Assembly (NCBI GenBank): GCA_051294375.1
Contig: CM119267.1
Location: 12,905,081 to 12,969,080, forward strand
Direction of reading: 5' to 3'
Length of the DNA stretch: 64,000 nucleotides
DNA from: Paraspadella gotoi
Lineage: Eukaryota; Animalia; Chaetognatha
Shown here piece by piece: positions 1-12,500 of this stretch. The notes beneath the pieces are model-generated. The model was not told the DNA's origin. It worked only from the letters and a program-made list of their open reading frames with translations, and did not search any database. A program made the position numbers and the translations under genes. Each line of letters starts with the position of its first letter. The first letter of the stretch is position 1.

Positions 1-1405
1 TAGACGTTGTTTGAAGATGCATTGTTCATCATTTTACTTCAATTTTTTTTTGTTATTTCAAATCTGGTATGAACCGCTGATGTTTATGGACATAAAAATT
101 AAGGTTAACTAGTTTTATGTTAGTAATAAATACGTTTTTCACGTTGAATGTCTATACAACTGTTCAATACTAAAATTTGGAAAAAAATTTTGACAACTTT
201 TGCCGTGTGGGTAACCCCCATAGGGGCTCATATCTCGGCTTCAGGGTCAAATATTGAAATTAGCTTCGATAGTTTTATTTGTATTCTCACAAGGATCATA
301 TATACAAAATTTCAACATATTTGGTCCAGTAGTTATTCCAGAACCAATTCTAGGCACAAAAAACGGCGTATCATTTTTTAATATGAAGCCTTCTGTACTC
401 TTAATCTTAACACTCACTACCTTTAACTCTAATTTCCCCTAATATTTGAAAATAGTGTTGTTTTTTTTTTTTCAACTTAAAAAAATCTAGAAAAAACTAA
501 GATACTATTGAGATAAGTGAAAATCATTCTTTAAAAAAATTAAACATTTTTCTAATAGAGATTTCCATTCAAAACTGACTGCCCAACTTTACAAACGGGC
601 CTGCAAGAAATTCCGGTAGAAAAATTGTAAAAACGCACGATTCCAATAGCGTTGCATCTCAAGAGCTCAACTTTTTGTTCTTGTTGCAACAAAGATACAG
701 GGATGGCAATAGTACCAAAATGAAGCCATAATTATAGGGCATATACAATAGAGTGGAGCACTGGGGAACATAAATTTTATTTGAGTGAACAAATAAGGAT
801 ATTTAGACGTGAGATAGTATGATTAAGGCATACAAAAAATATTTTGCTTATATTTTTGGGGAACAGTATCATTAATTACAATATTTTTATAGTAATATCC
901 TTATAAAATAATAAATTTTTAAAATATTTTTTAAAAAATTTTTATCAAAGATTCTGATTCTTCATAAAAAGTTAGATCAAAAATATAAAATATGTTATTA
1001 AAAATTTCAATGTCTTCAGTATTAAAAATGGAAGAAAAGATCAAAATTCTTTACTTTTTCATGCTCTGTAGTAGAAACTATTATATGATGAAACGTTTTA
1101 ATCATTTTTCGCAGCTTTAAACTAAAAATATTATAAATTATATATTACAAAAGTTTTTTTAGTTTTTTCCGGCGAATCCGAAACTGTTCTTAATATTAAA
1201 AAAATATTATTTTGAATTTTTTTTGATTTTATAAGGATATTACTCAAAAGAAAATTAAATTAATGATACTGTTATGCAAAAAATTTTTTATTACATATAC
1301 AAAAGAGGCAAAAAAACGTTGTTCCATCGCTCAATATTTTCATCACTCCACCCTAATATACAAGATACAAATTTAAAATAATTTTTTTAAACATTATGTA
1401 TAGAC

Positions 1406-3620
1406 GAGAGTTCCGATAACCGTTAAGTTAACGGTTATTAACGATTAAAAATAATTTTAACTTAACCGTTAATAGAGCCAAACTTCGTCAATGGGGTGGG
1501 TCAGAAGTTTCATTTGGGAACCTTTCCAAATGAAACTTCATACATTTCTGTGAAAACTTTCAATGGAGCAAAATTTTCTAAAATGGCAAGAAGCATTAGT
1601 AATTATTTTTTTAATATTTATTTATAGATAGGAAATGTCAAAAATTTTTTTTGAATTTTTTATTTTTAAAAGCAGATTCAAATAGCTTATGAAAAGTTAT
1701 CTACACAAAGTATAATTCTTTTTCCAATATTTTGATGATAAGTGGGTTTAAATTGAAAAAAACCTTAAAAAATCATCATCATCATCCGATGATTTTAGCA
1801 GTTTTTACTAATTTTTAGTAATAAAACATCAAAATTTTAAAAAGTTGTAATTATATTTTTTGCTTAACCTTTTAAGCTCTATCAGAATCAATTAAAAAAA
1901 CTTAAAATATCAAAAAAAAATTTTTGACATTATATAGTAATATAATAATATTAATTAGCAAATTACTCATGGTTCGAAACATTTTTGCAAAAAAATATTT
2001 TAACACAATAATTAATACCAATAATGGATTAGTTTAATGCTGTTCACATTAAAATTTGAATTTGGTCGGCTACCGCTACCGTTAATATATTTATTTTAAC
2101 GGTTAAATTCGGTTAATTTTCAAGTATGATTTTTGTTAATTTTTGTTATGAAAACTTTGATTTTTTAAGAAAAAAATTTTTTTTCCTTATTCTCCTCTCC
2201 CTTTCTCACTATATTTTTCCCCCCTCTCTCTGTTCTACATTTTCCCCTTTTTTTCTTTGTTAATTTCAACCCTTTTAATCTTTTTCTATCCTAATCTATT
2301 ATCATTTTTTTCTGCCCTTCCAGTATTTTTTTTTAATTACTTTCTCCCAATTGTTTTCGTTTTTCCATTCAGCTCATTTTTTACATTTGCAAATCAAATT
2401 TTTACATGCAATAATATTCTATTTTGCTAATAAAAAAAATAAATAAGCTTTCTTATTTTACTTTTTTTAGCTTTTTCTTTCAATTTTTAAAACGAACAAA
2501 GAAGTAAATAAAATAAAGCCGAATGAATGAAAAAAAAAAAAACTAAAATAAAAAAAATATTAGAAAACATTTTAAAAATGAACAATAAAAGGAATGAATC
2601 TTTTAAAAGACATTAAGGCTAATTAAAACTATCCATCAATGATGATATACTTTAATAAAATTTTTTATAAATATTTATTAATTAATAACTATTTTGATCA
2701 ATCGATCATTCAACCAACCATTCAATTAATAAATTTATATTCATAATTAAGAGAAAACAAAGTTAACAACGGGTTTTTATTCCAAAAAACAGACATGTTT
2801 CGACTCTAGTTTTTCCGAGTCTACATCAGCGCGTGAGAGTCGAAACATGTTCGTTTTTTTTAAAACCTGTTGTTTGTAAACAAATAAACTTTGCTTTCAC
2901 TTATCTATAAACGCAACGAAAAAAAAAGTCTTAACACAATATTCATAATTATAATTATATTTATGGTCATGGTTTATGAAAGACTAACAACAGAAAACAT
3001 GCTTTCAAAAAAATAACAACTATAAAAATAATGAAGAGAAATAGAAAAAGAAAAAGCGAAAACGAAAGAAAGAAAAAGAGAGAAAGAGAGAAAGATAAAA
3101 CAAAATATACAGAATTAAAATTACATTGTGCTTTTTCTTTTATTGTCTTTTTTCATATTTTTATTATGCTATGAGGCAAAAGAAAAATTTATTATAATGC
3201 TTTATTTGATTAGCTGATGGATAGATTTAAGATAGTTTTTTCTTTGTATTTTGACTTTCTTTTTTGCTATTTAAAATAGTATAGAGATGAAACGAAAAAT
3301 TCGTTGTAATAGAATAATAAATAAAAATTGCTATTACAACGAATTTTTCGTTTCATCTCTAAAGATAGTTTTTTCAAACCAATTTTCTCATTTATCAACT
3401 ATAATGTGTACCTCATCTATCTGAAATAGAAGATAAAGACGATTCAGTAGCCGGAGTTAAGGAGAAAATACCATTAAATACTTTAGTTAGTTTTAAATAT
3501 TAATATTTTAAATTTAAAGTTAAATTATAAAATTAACCGATTTTAACGGTTAACCGTTAAAAACGTTAGTTTTAACGGTTAAACGAAGTTCCTCAAAAAT
3601 TAACGGTTAACGGAACCCTA
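1406..3620. mobile_element. hAT-like MITE with nested insertions
   Basis: TIRs AGAGTTCCGATAACCGTTAA...TTAACGGTTAACGGAACCCTA; 8-bp TSD GTATAGAC at 1398-1405 and 3621-3628. Related inverted copy at 40222-41406. Confidence 0.8.
1473..2078 (+). mobile_element. ~600-bp non-autonomous DNA transposon (TAGAGCCAAAC...GGCTACCGCTA family)
   Basis: Flanked by CCGTTAA(T) duplication. Other copies at ~4400-4760 (-), 28211-28789 (TSD GTATTAT(T)), ~31790-32405 and ~60276-60690. Confidence 0.75.
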
Positions 3621-3705
3621 GTATAGACTTTCAATTTCGTTGTTTTAGGATTTAGTAAAACAGTTTATTTGGATTGTAGCAACGAATTTTTTGACAGATA
3701 AGTCG

Positions 3706-3744
3706 GACATGTTTCGACTCTTGCTGTTTTAGAGTCTTCATCAG
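3706..3744 (-). ncRNA. Minimal type I hammerhead ribozyme motif
   Basis: CTGATGA-A-GACTCT-loop-AGAGTC-GAAA-CATG-TC on the minus strand. Confidence 0.7.
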
Positions 3745-5154
3745 CAAGTGATTTTACAACAATTTTTCTCTGTTAAAGTTGAGTTAGTGAGAGAGAGAGA
3801 GTGTGAGAGAGAGAGAGAGAGAGAACAAGAGAGACATTCTAACAAAGAATTGAGTGAGAGATAGTGGTAAGATGTGAGGGCAGTTCAAGGTAAGGACAGG
3901 GGAAGAAGAAGTAAGATTGTGAAAAATGAAAAGAGAGAGAGAGAGAGACAAATAAAATTTAATACATTTAGCAATGTACAACAGAGAAAACTTAAAGATT
4001 TACTAAGTATTAATACTATTAAAAATAACTATGAAAAACTATGAAAAATAAATTAGTAAAATGAAGTGAAATTGAAATGGAACAATAAGTGGTGAGGGAT
4101 AGGTAAGTAAAGAGTTAGTGAAAGTAAGTAAAAGAAAAGAGCTCAAAATGAGCGTCTACGTTCTCCATTTGCCATCTATTTATTTATAGATAGAAAAAGC
4201 TAAAAAATCATCATCATAATCTTTTAATGATTTTATCAGTTTTTTTAGATTTTTACTGAGAAAACATAAGAATTTTTCAAAGCTGTAATTATATTTCTTA
4301 TTTAACTTTTTATGCTCAATCAGAAACCATCAAAAAATTTTAAGGCTTTAAAAATTTTTTTTCTTTTTATAGAGAAGTATAAAAATTTTAATTAGGCTAG
4401 TACTTGCGGTAGCCGACCAAATTTAAATTTTAATGGGAACAGAATTAAACGAATCCATTATTGGTATTAGTTATTTTTTTAAGTTTTTTTCAAATTTTGA
4501 CCCACTTATCAAAATATTGAAAAAAAATTATACTTTGTATAGACGACTTTTCATAAGTTATCTGAATCTGCTTAAAAAAAAAAAAACAATTAAAAACATT
4601 TTTTTAACATTTTCTATCTAAAAATAAATATTAAAAAAATAATTGCTTGTGCTTCTAGCCATTTTAGAAAAAAATGGTCCATTGAAGGTTTTATCAGAAT
4701 TGTATAAAATTTCATTTGGTTCTCAAACTTCTGACCCACCCCATTGACAAAGTTTGGCCCTTCTAGTACCCTCAGAAAAAAGCAAAAAATATTTTAATAC
4801 TATAATCTATGCTCATGATAGATTATTTTAACGCTGTAAACATTATCATTGGCTAATTTTGATAGGTTTCTTATGATTTCTCGAGAATTACAATATTCAC
4901 GTCATTCCTCATCTAACGATATAAAAATATATGAAAAAAACCGCTGACATCTTTCGGAATAATTTTTTTCTAGTTTAGAAAAGTCATGCGATTAACAAAT
5001 CATTGATTAGTGCTCGCTAAGGTTGATTTAAGTCTCCGAAAGTAAAAAGTGCCGAAAGATTTCTTGAAATATTTCATGATTGCGTACGGATTTCATTTTA
5101 TTTCCGTAAAATTCCAAATTGTTATATTCATTGATCTCAACTTCTTTTATCAGC

Positions 5155-6468
5155 ATGAATTATCCTTACGAGGATATTGCGCGCTCAGTCTTGCACACAT
5201 ACAGTGCCTTACCCCGCACGGGAAAACCAGATTTATCCCGAGAATGGACCCATTTGGCTGGAATTGTAATGCTCCAAACGAAAAAAACTTGTTCGGGACA
5301 TGCCTCCTTCGACGTTAGTCCTGTCGCGATCGGTACTGGTTCCCGTTGTCTCGGCGCCTCCAAACTGCCGGTCGACGGATCTCGCCTTCACGACAGTCAC
5401 GCAGAAGTCGTCGTCCGCCGAGCCTTTCTCGTCTTTCTCCTCGATGAGATTGAAAAATGTTTATCAAACGAAGAGGAGAGCAAAATTTTTCAAAAGGACG
5501 GTGTGAAATGCCGATTAAAGCCAGGAATAACTTTCCACATGTTTGTCAGTCACACCCCTTGCGGGGACGCGTCGATCTTTCCTAAAAGCGAGAAAGAGTT
5601 AATTGAGGAACGGAATGGAGCGTCCAAACGTGACGCCCAATCAGAGGACGGCGTCGAAGCCAAACGACTAAAGCTAGAAAATAACAACGATGATGCGATC
5701 TTGGAAGGCGATCTCCATCGTACCGGCGCCAAATGTGTTCCGGGAAACGATAACCAGGACCCTCTACTCCCGGGCATCAACTATCACGTCACCGGCGCGT
5801 TGAGGTACAAGCCGGGACGAGGCGATCGAACCTCTTCCATGTCCTGTTCAGACAAGATTGCCAAGTGGGGATTACTCGGTTTACAGGGTGCGTTGGTTTC
5901 TCTGTTGCTGTCCCAACCGATATTTTTGACTTCCCTCGTGTTCGCGCAGTGTCCTTACGATGAGAAAGCTGTGAGGAGGGCTTTGGTCGACCGCACTCTG
6001 CCTTTGAGAGAAAAATTTAAAAAAAATTTGGGACAAAGCGTTCCCGAACTTATTCTCCGTCGGGTCGATCAGAAATTCGACCAAGGGAAAGTCGCTATGG
6101 AGACAAGCCTTGGTAAAAAGCTGAAGCCATGCCCCAGTAGCATCTCTTGGACATCGTTGGACGGACGTGAAGATATTCGTCAAGTTTTTAACAATGGATT
6201 CAAACAGGGCGTTGTTAAAAAACGAGAAAAAACTGAAACCGCCCAAGTTTACATTTGTAGGAGACAAATTCTCAAGCGATTCGTTGACGCTTTTGATCGC
6301 GTTGAAGCCGTATCCAATTTCGCTTCGCTTCGAACGCTAAAATATTTGGAACTGAAGCAAAAAGCTTCTTGGTACCAAATCATGAAAGAGTTACTCACAA
6401 AAGACGTTATTTTTCGAGACTGGATCGTTACTTCTGAACATACCAAGAATTTTTCACTGGAGACTTAG
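5155..6468 (+). CDS. ADAT1: tRNA-specific adenosine deaminase 1 (ADAT1/Tad1), single coding exon, ~437 aa
   Basis: ORF has the deaminase motifs LHDSHAEVV, HTPCGDAS and KPGRGDRTSSMSCSDKI, plus an N-terminal GKP...EWTHLAGIV and IGTGSRCLG. It has no dsRBD, so it is ADAT1 rather than ADAR. ATG at 5155 directly follows a polypyrimidine-CAG acceptor (5153). Confidence 0.93.
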   Translation: MNYPYEDIARSVLHTYSALPRTGKPDLSREWTHLAGIVMLQTKKTCSGHASFDVSPVAIGTGSRCLGASKLPVDGSRLHDSHAEVVVRRAFLVFLLDEIEKCLSNEEESKIFQKDGVKCRLKPGITFHMFVSHTPCGDASIFPKSEKELIEERNGASKRDAQSEDGVEAKRLKLENNNDDAILEGDLHRTGAKCVPGNDNQDPLLPGINYHVTGALRYKPGRGDRTSSMSCSDKIAKWGLLGLQGALVSLLLSQPIFLTSLVFAQCPYDEKAVRRALVDRTLPLREKFKKNLGQSVPELILRRVDQKFDQGKVAMETSLGKKLKPCPSSISWTSLDGREDIRQVFNNGFKQGVVKKREKTETAQVYICRRQILKRFVDAFDRVEAVSNFASLRTLKYLELKQKASWYQIMKELLTKDVIFRDWIVTSEHTKNFSLET

Positions 6469-6530
6469 GTTACCTTTTCTACCAAACCGTTTTTGTTTAC
6501 AGATACAGCTCAAGTGTTATTAAATGAAAG

Positions 6531-9500
6531 ATGTCTCGTCGCGTTGACTGTGGTAGAGATTACTTCACGCATAACTGTGAAATCGTTAAGGTTAACGATT
6601 TTTATAAAAAAGGATACATCTTCGTAATTATTCCTCTCGCACTCTCTCCGACTACGGTGGACGATTTTAATATCGGTAATGTCTAAATCTAATTTTAAAC
6701 TTAATTTCGAAAAATAGAAAAATTGTACTGCAAAATTATATGAAATTGGTACAACCAATATAAAAATTATCCATTCATTTAATAAATAAGCTATCTTGCC
6801 CCTGACTTTGGACAGGCTTTGGTGGTTTAAGGCCTCCATCACTCTTACAAGATAATGACATAGCAGGTCCCTGCAAGCTTTCAATCAAGACTCTTTCACA
6901 GTCTCGTTTATTCACTCCCAGAGTACCTGGCTTCCCTATCAATGAAGTGGAAAATATTTCAAAGAATGTTTCAATTGTATGAATATGTATATATAATTTA
7001 TGAATCGGCCCGAAATTTTTAGCATTGGCGCCATTAAAATTAAATTCTCTTACACCCCTTTTATATTTTTTAAATTTTCTTCCTAGGTAGTTTGATGAAC
7101 GAAAGAAGCAGCCCTCTCTTAAATTTAGAAACAGTTCTTTCCAAAGAAAAATGGTTTCAGTCAGTCGTCGGGCGAGTATCAGGTCGTTTTTTAAACTTAA
7201 ATGTTATTATTTTCTCATGCACATATGTTATATTTTGATTGGTTTTCAGAATTTTAGAAAATGGTAGTTAATATGAAATGATTAAAAAAATTGATTATTT
7301 TCAATAAAATTTTAAATTTGTGACGCTAGTATTAAACTAGCTAGTAGTAGTAAACTAGTAGACGCTAGTAGTAAACATCAAATATTTTTGGGTTTAATTT
7401 GGTCATGTTCCTTATCGTTTCTAGATTGGATTGACTGCGATTCGAGCGACGAAAGCGTTCGCCGAAAATCAGAGGCTGCCTTAAATCAAGAACTTCTTTT
7501 CTCCGCCTATATAAACCTGCTAGCGGTTGTTGTGCCGCTGCGTTCGCGCCGCTGCGCCAATCTCGCCCGCGTCATCAACGACTACACCTTTTCTGGCCCG
7601 AACCAGATGCTTTGGATGCTCTTGCCGCTCGACACCGACGAGGCCGATTACGACGACGACGATAGTGGAGACGAAAGCGACGTCCAAAATGGAAGCAATT
7701 CTCGCGTGGCCCGTGAGGTGACTGTGCAAGTTGGGGCAGGTATAATTTTGGCCAAGGATTCTTTCTCTCTCTGGACAAATTCTTTTAACGATTTGTAACA
7801 TTGAAGGAAAAACTGCAGTCTGCTCAAATTAAAAATGATTTTTCGTTTTCCGTGGAAAGTTTTACTCTGTTCTCTGTTTATCATTCTGATTCTCTCTTGC
7901 CGCGGCTCTTTGATAGGCGTTGTTGAGTCCGGTAAGCTTAATAATATTAAAAATACATGATGAAATAATTTGTGGTTCTCTGTAATCGTTTGGGCCATCG
8001 CTTAATCAGGACCAAAACGACTCAGTTCCAAAATCCGCCCGCAACGCCATTTTATCGTCGTTGAATTTTTCGACTTCGACGGACAAGACTCAGTCGGTTC
8101 CAGATGTCGACGCGGCCGTCGGCGACGCCACTCCTAAAAAAGTAAGTTGATTAGTTTGTGCTTTTAATGATTATTTTTAAACCTACTTTATAAAAGTTTA
8201 TTTTTCAACGTTAGCGTAAAAGCAGTTCTTGGCAACGGTTCAAAGTTCTCCATGCTCTGTGCGATCGATGCCCTCTTATAGGCGTCTGTCTTGTGAGTAG
8301 ATATATTGAGATTTTGACGTCTCACTTAACCAAGTTTTCCGTATAATTCCTAACTTCCCCCGTGACTCAAACCGACGAAAATAGGTGTTTTCGTCGACAC
8401 TTCCCCCCGAACCCGTTCTGCTACGCTGGCTGGCGGAACCCGTCAAGTGCGTCTTCATCCCCACCTACGTCTTTCTCATCAATCCTTACGGTTTCCCTGT
8501 CCTTCCGCGCTCCCACCAGTCTTTTGTTCAGAAGCTCATCAAAATTGGTTGTCAATTCGTCGTGTCGGGACCGCCTATCAAAGGCAAGCCGGAGCGGCTG
8601 TACGCTTTGTATCTCAAACATCTTGCCAACACGCTGGGAAAGCCTGATTTGCTGGAGCGGTGGGCGATGGATTACAGCGATCGACTGCAATATCCTTTGC
8701 AGCCATTGCGGGTATTTTTCTATAAGTGATTTAGCTGTTTTTAAAGATATGTAAAATCATAATACCATTCATCGATTCAGGATAATCTCCCGTCAAGTAT
8801 CTACGAAAACTTTGAAAAGGATCCATCCAAATATCTTGTATATGAAAATGCAATTCGAGGCGCCCTAAGCGATCGTGCCAATAGCGAACTAAAGAGTATT
8901 CATATGCAGGTTAGCGCAATTATTGTTATATCGATACCTTTTTATCTCACCTTAAGCCTCGCGATTAAGCCTGTCTTGGCGCGATAATCGTTTAGAATTG
9001 CTTCTCTGTGCCGTCCTCTGGTTAAAACTCTGCAGAAAAAACGTGTGCCAGATAGCGCCCTAAATTATGCTAAAAATGGCTAGTTTTTTTCTAGTATGCT
9101 AAATATTATGCCAAATTATGTTTTAGCTATTTTAATGAAAAACTGTTACAAGAGTACAGAAAAATTATTATTATTAGATCCTATGAAAAATTATTTAGAT
9201 AAAAACAAAAAAAGATGAAAAAAATGAGACTTTGTGAATTGATTAATGCTTAATGCTTAAGCGATGAGCCATATAACCAGTGAAGTCCTGTATATTGCAG
9301 CAGTAATTTTCAAACAGACCAACCAACGCCATAGTATTTTGCTCTTGTAAAGCTGCTTTAACATGCTATTACTAGTATTACTGAACTACACGAGCATCTC
9401 AGAGGAAAATCGGTATTAACCAAATACTTTGGCTTTATTGTATAACTGCTAGCAATCCCTTCCTGGACTCAAAAAATTGTAATGGGAATTAACATGATTG

Positions 9501-12500
9501 TTATCAAAGAAATAAATAATAAGATAAGCAAATAGCATATTTAATACATTGCCAAAGGAAGTGTTTTTCATAATATGTCCAATGCTGTAGATCGAAAAAC
9601 CTTAAATTTTTTTCACATTTTGAATATGCCAGATTGTATGCTATATGCCAGATCATTTTTATCGTCGCAAACGCTTAGCGATATTGTAACGCTTTTGCCC
9701 ATAAGTGGCGTCGTCGTCGTTGTTGTCGTCGGCGTTCCAAATTATAGATCGCCTTTTTTATGATTAAATTTGGGTGTATGAAGCTGAAAATTTATATACA
9801 GCTTCCGATGGAGGATGGAGACAGCGTTCGTTTTGATCTTGGACCGCATCTCTCGTTCTTTTTCACTCCCGGATGTCGGCGTACTTCGAAGGATGCCTCG
9901 ACGAGGCGCTTGAGGGCCTTGTCAGGAGGACGACCTTCTTGGTCAGGCGCTCCTGCCACTGGCGTTTTGATGCCGCATTCTCATACGACATCTGGCTCTG
10001 GGGCTCAAGCGGGAGACTGTTGACCAGCCTCTCGATGTCGTAGGACCCCTCGACTGTCCTCTGTCAATGAGCTACTCGGGTCGACGAGTCTCTCGGCGGG
10101 TGACTGTCGATGAGCCACTTGGCGGACAACTGTTGATGAGCCATTTGGCGAACAACTGTCAACGATCATCTCGGCGGGCCTTGTTGACGAGCCACTTGGC
10201 GGATGATTGTTGCTGAGCTACTCTGCGGACGATGTGGCTCAAAGAGACGGGGTTCTTCTTCCTCTCCCAACGCTACTCGGGTCGACGAGTCTCTCGGTGG
10301 GTGACTGTTGATGAGCCACTTGGCGGAAAACTGTTGACGAGCCACTTGGCGGAAAACTGTTGACGAGCCACTTGGTGGACAACTGTCGACGATCATCTCG
10401 GTGGACCTCTGTCGATGATCATCTCGCGGGCCTTTGTCGACGATCATCTTGGCGGACCTCTGTCGACGATCATCTCGCGGGCCTTTGTCGACGATCATCT
10501 CGGCGGGCCTTTGTCGACGAGCCACTTGGCGGATGACGGTTGATGAGCCACTCGGCGGACGATGTGGCTCAAAGAGACGGGGTTCTTCTTCCTCTACCAA
10601 CGCCCTCTCTGCGCGCTGGTCAGCTTCTCCAGCTTATCGGCATTTTGACGATGGCATCCTTGGCAGCCCTGCCGCTGAGTTGCCGGCCTTCTTTGATCCG
10701 ACGAGTCTTCTTCCGCGTCTGGAGGCCAAAGAAGGATACCGACTGCCTGGCCCCGCTTTGTTCTCCAGCGATGGAGGACTATAGTCCTTCCAGGCCAGCT
10801 TTTCATGCCGGTCGATGTCGCAGGGGCGACCTTCTGCAGGAGTTTTGCACGCTGGAGGTGTCGACGGACGCCTCCCCTCAGTTGGGCCCTCTCTCACAGC
10901 GCGTCCATCTTAGGGAGGTGGTCAGACTCATTGCCCCTTCCTGCCTTCTTTTGTACTGCAGCAGGCTCAGTTGGCTTCTGAGCCTCTTCGGTTCATGGAT
11001 GAGAAGCCTTCCGGCATCCAAGGAGCTCGACGCCGACCCTGATTCAGAGCGTCCACCGCCGCTTTCAAGCTCGCCATCAGGATGTTTTTAGGCGGTGCCA
11101 CTTCTCTGAAATCGACAATTCTACCTTCTCCCTCATCGCCGATGCTGGAGAAGTCTAGCAGGGAGCTCTTCGTGGGAACGAGTTTCTGCGAGTTTCTTCC
11201 GACGTCTTCCTTCGGGATGGAGACGCTCAAGAGAGAGGACTCTCCTGAAGACGTCCTGCACTTCCTCGGGTCGTTGTTTGACAGCCGACAGCACGATCAT
11301 CCTTCACGGATCAGCCATCTCAGCGACTCTCCCTGAAGGGAGCGCCGCCTCAGTTTGCGCTTCGACACGGCGCCACTTCCGGTCACGCCGGGCGTTTTTC
11401 ACCGACGCTCACGCTTCTTCGTCGCTCTAGCATCGGCACGTCGCCCTTCAGAGTTCATTTCTCTTTGCTGCGACGCAGGCCGCCTTCCTCAGCGGCAGTC
11501 TTCTGGCGTTTGGTTTCATCGACGTTCTTAGACCGTCAGGATCGTGCCTTTTGGCTCGCACACGCGTCTTGAGGCTTGGCCGTTCTTGGATCACTGCCCA
11601 GACGAGGGCTCTCTCCTTTTTGGAATTGCACCGCCGCACAATTTTTTCTTCTGCGCCCCGCTCCGCCTTCAGTCGGCCCTCGACGTGGTGCTTCGCTCCC
11701 TTTCAGGGATCTCTTCTCGGAGGTCTCAAAGTTCCGGGATCGCCGCTCGCAGAGTGGATCTCGGCGTCATCTTTGCGCTGGATTTTGGTCTGGCGCGCTA
11801 AAGACCGTCTTCTGACTTCTCTACAGGGACGTCGCTTGGGGCGCCTCTCCGGGTCCTTCTGGAGACGATTGAGGACTTCCAAACCCGGATGAGAGAGAGG
11901 GATCCCCAGGAGGATTTGCCGGGCTTCCATTGGTCGGGGCCGGTCATGTGACGGCATTCCCTGGTTTTTCTTTTTTGCATCTCTGGATGCTATTTTGTTC
12001 GTTTTTCTTACTCTGATAAACGCGCGATCTATCGACTTCGCGAACAAAAAGCATTTCGTGGTGAGGCGGACCGATATAGAATTAATATTCCATAAAGGAA
12101 TTAAAAATTAATTTTCATTTATAGTAACGTCTGGCGAGATCACTATACTTTTAAAATATGAATTTTAATTTCCATTTACGGCGAATATAAGTTATCATTC
12201 GAAAGAATCTACTAGGTGGTGATGGTGGTGGGCGCTGGCCGCGGTCCCCTCGTCCAAGCGACCCTCAACGCCTCCCGAGACTCCGGGATCCCGGTCAAAG
12301 TCTTTGCCGTTGAAAAGAACCCTGGTTGCGCCCTCCGCATTTCGCACATCGGGGACTACGACGCAGCATGGCGAGAAAGCGTCACCGTCGTTTACTCCGA
12401 CATGCGGGACTGGGAGGCGCCGGAGAAAGCTGACATTCTCGTTTCCGAACTCATCGGCTCTTTCAGCGACAACGAACTTTCGCCGGAATGTCTGGACGGT

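Noticed and set aside
6510-6884. Minus-strand 124-aa ORF and the many other short ORFs overlapping genes or CT/AG-rich repeats
   Set aside because: Antisense or alternate-frame shadows of real exons, or low-complexity repeat translations.
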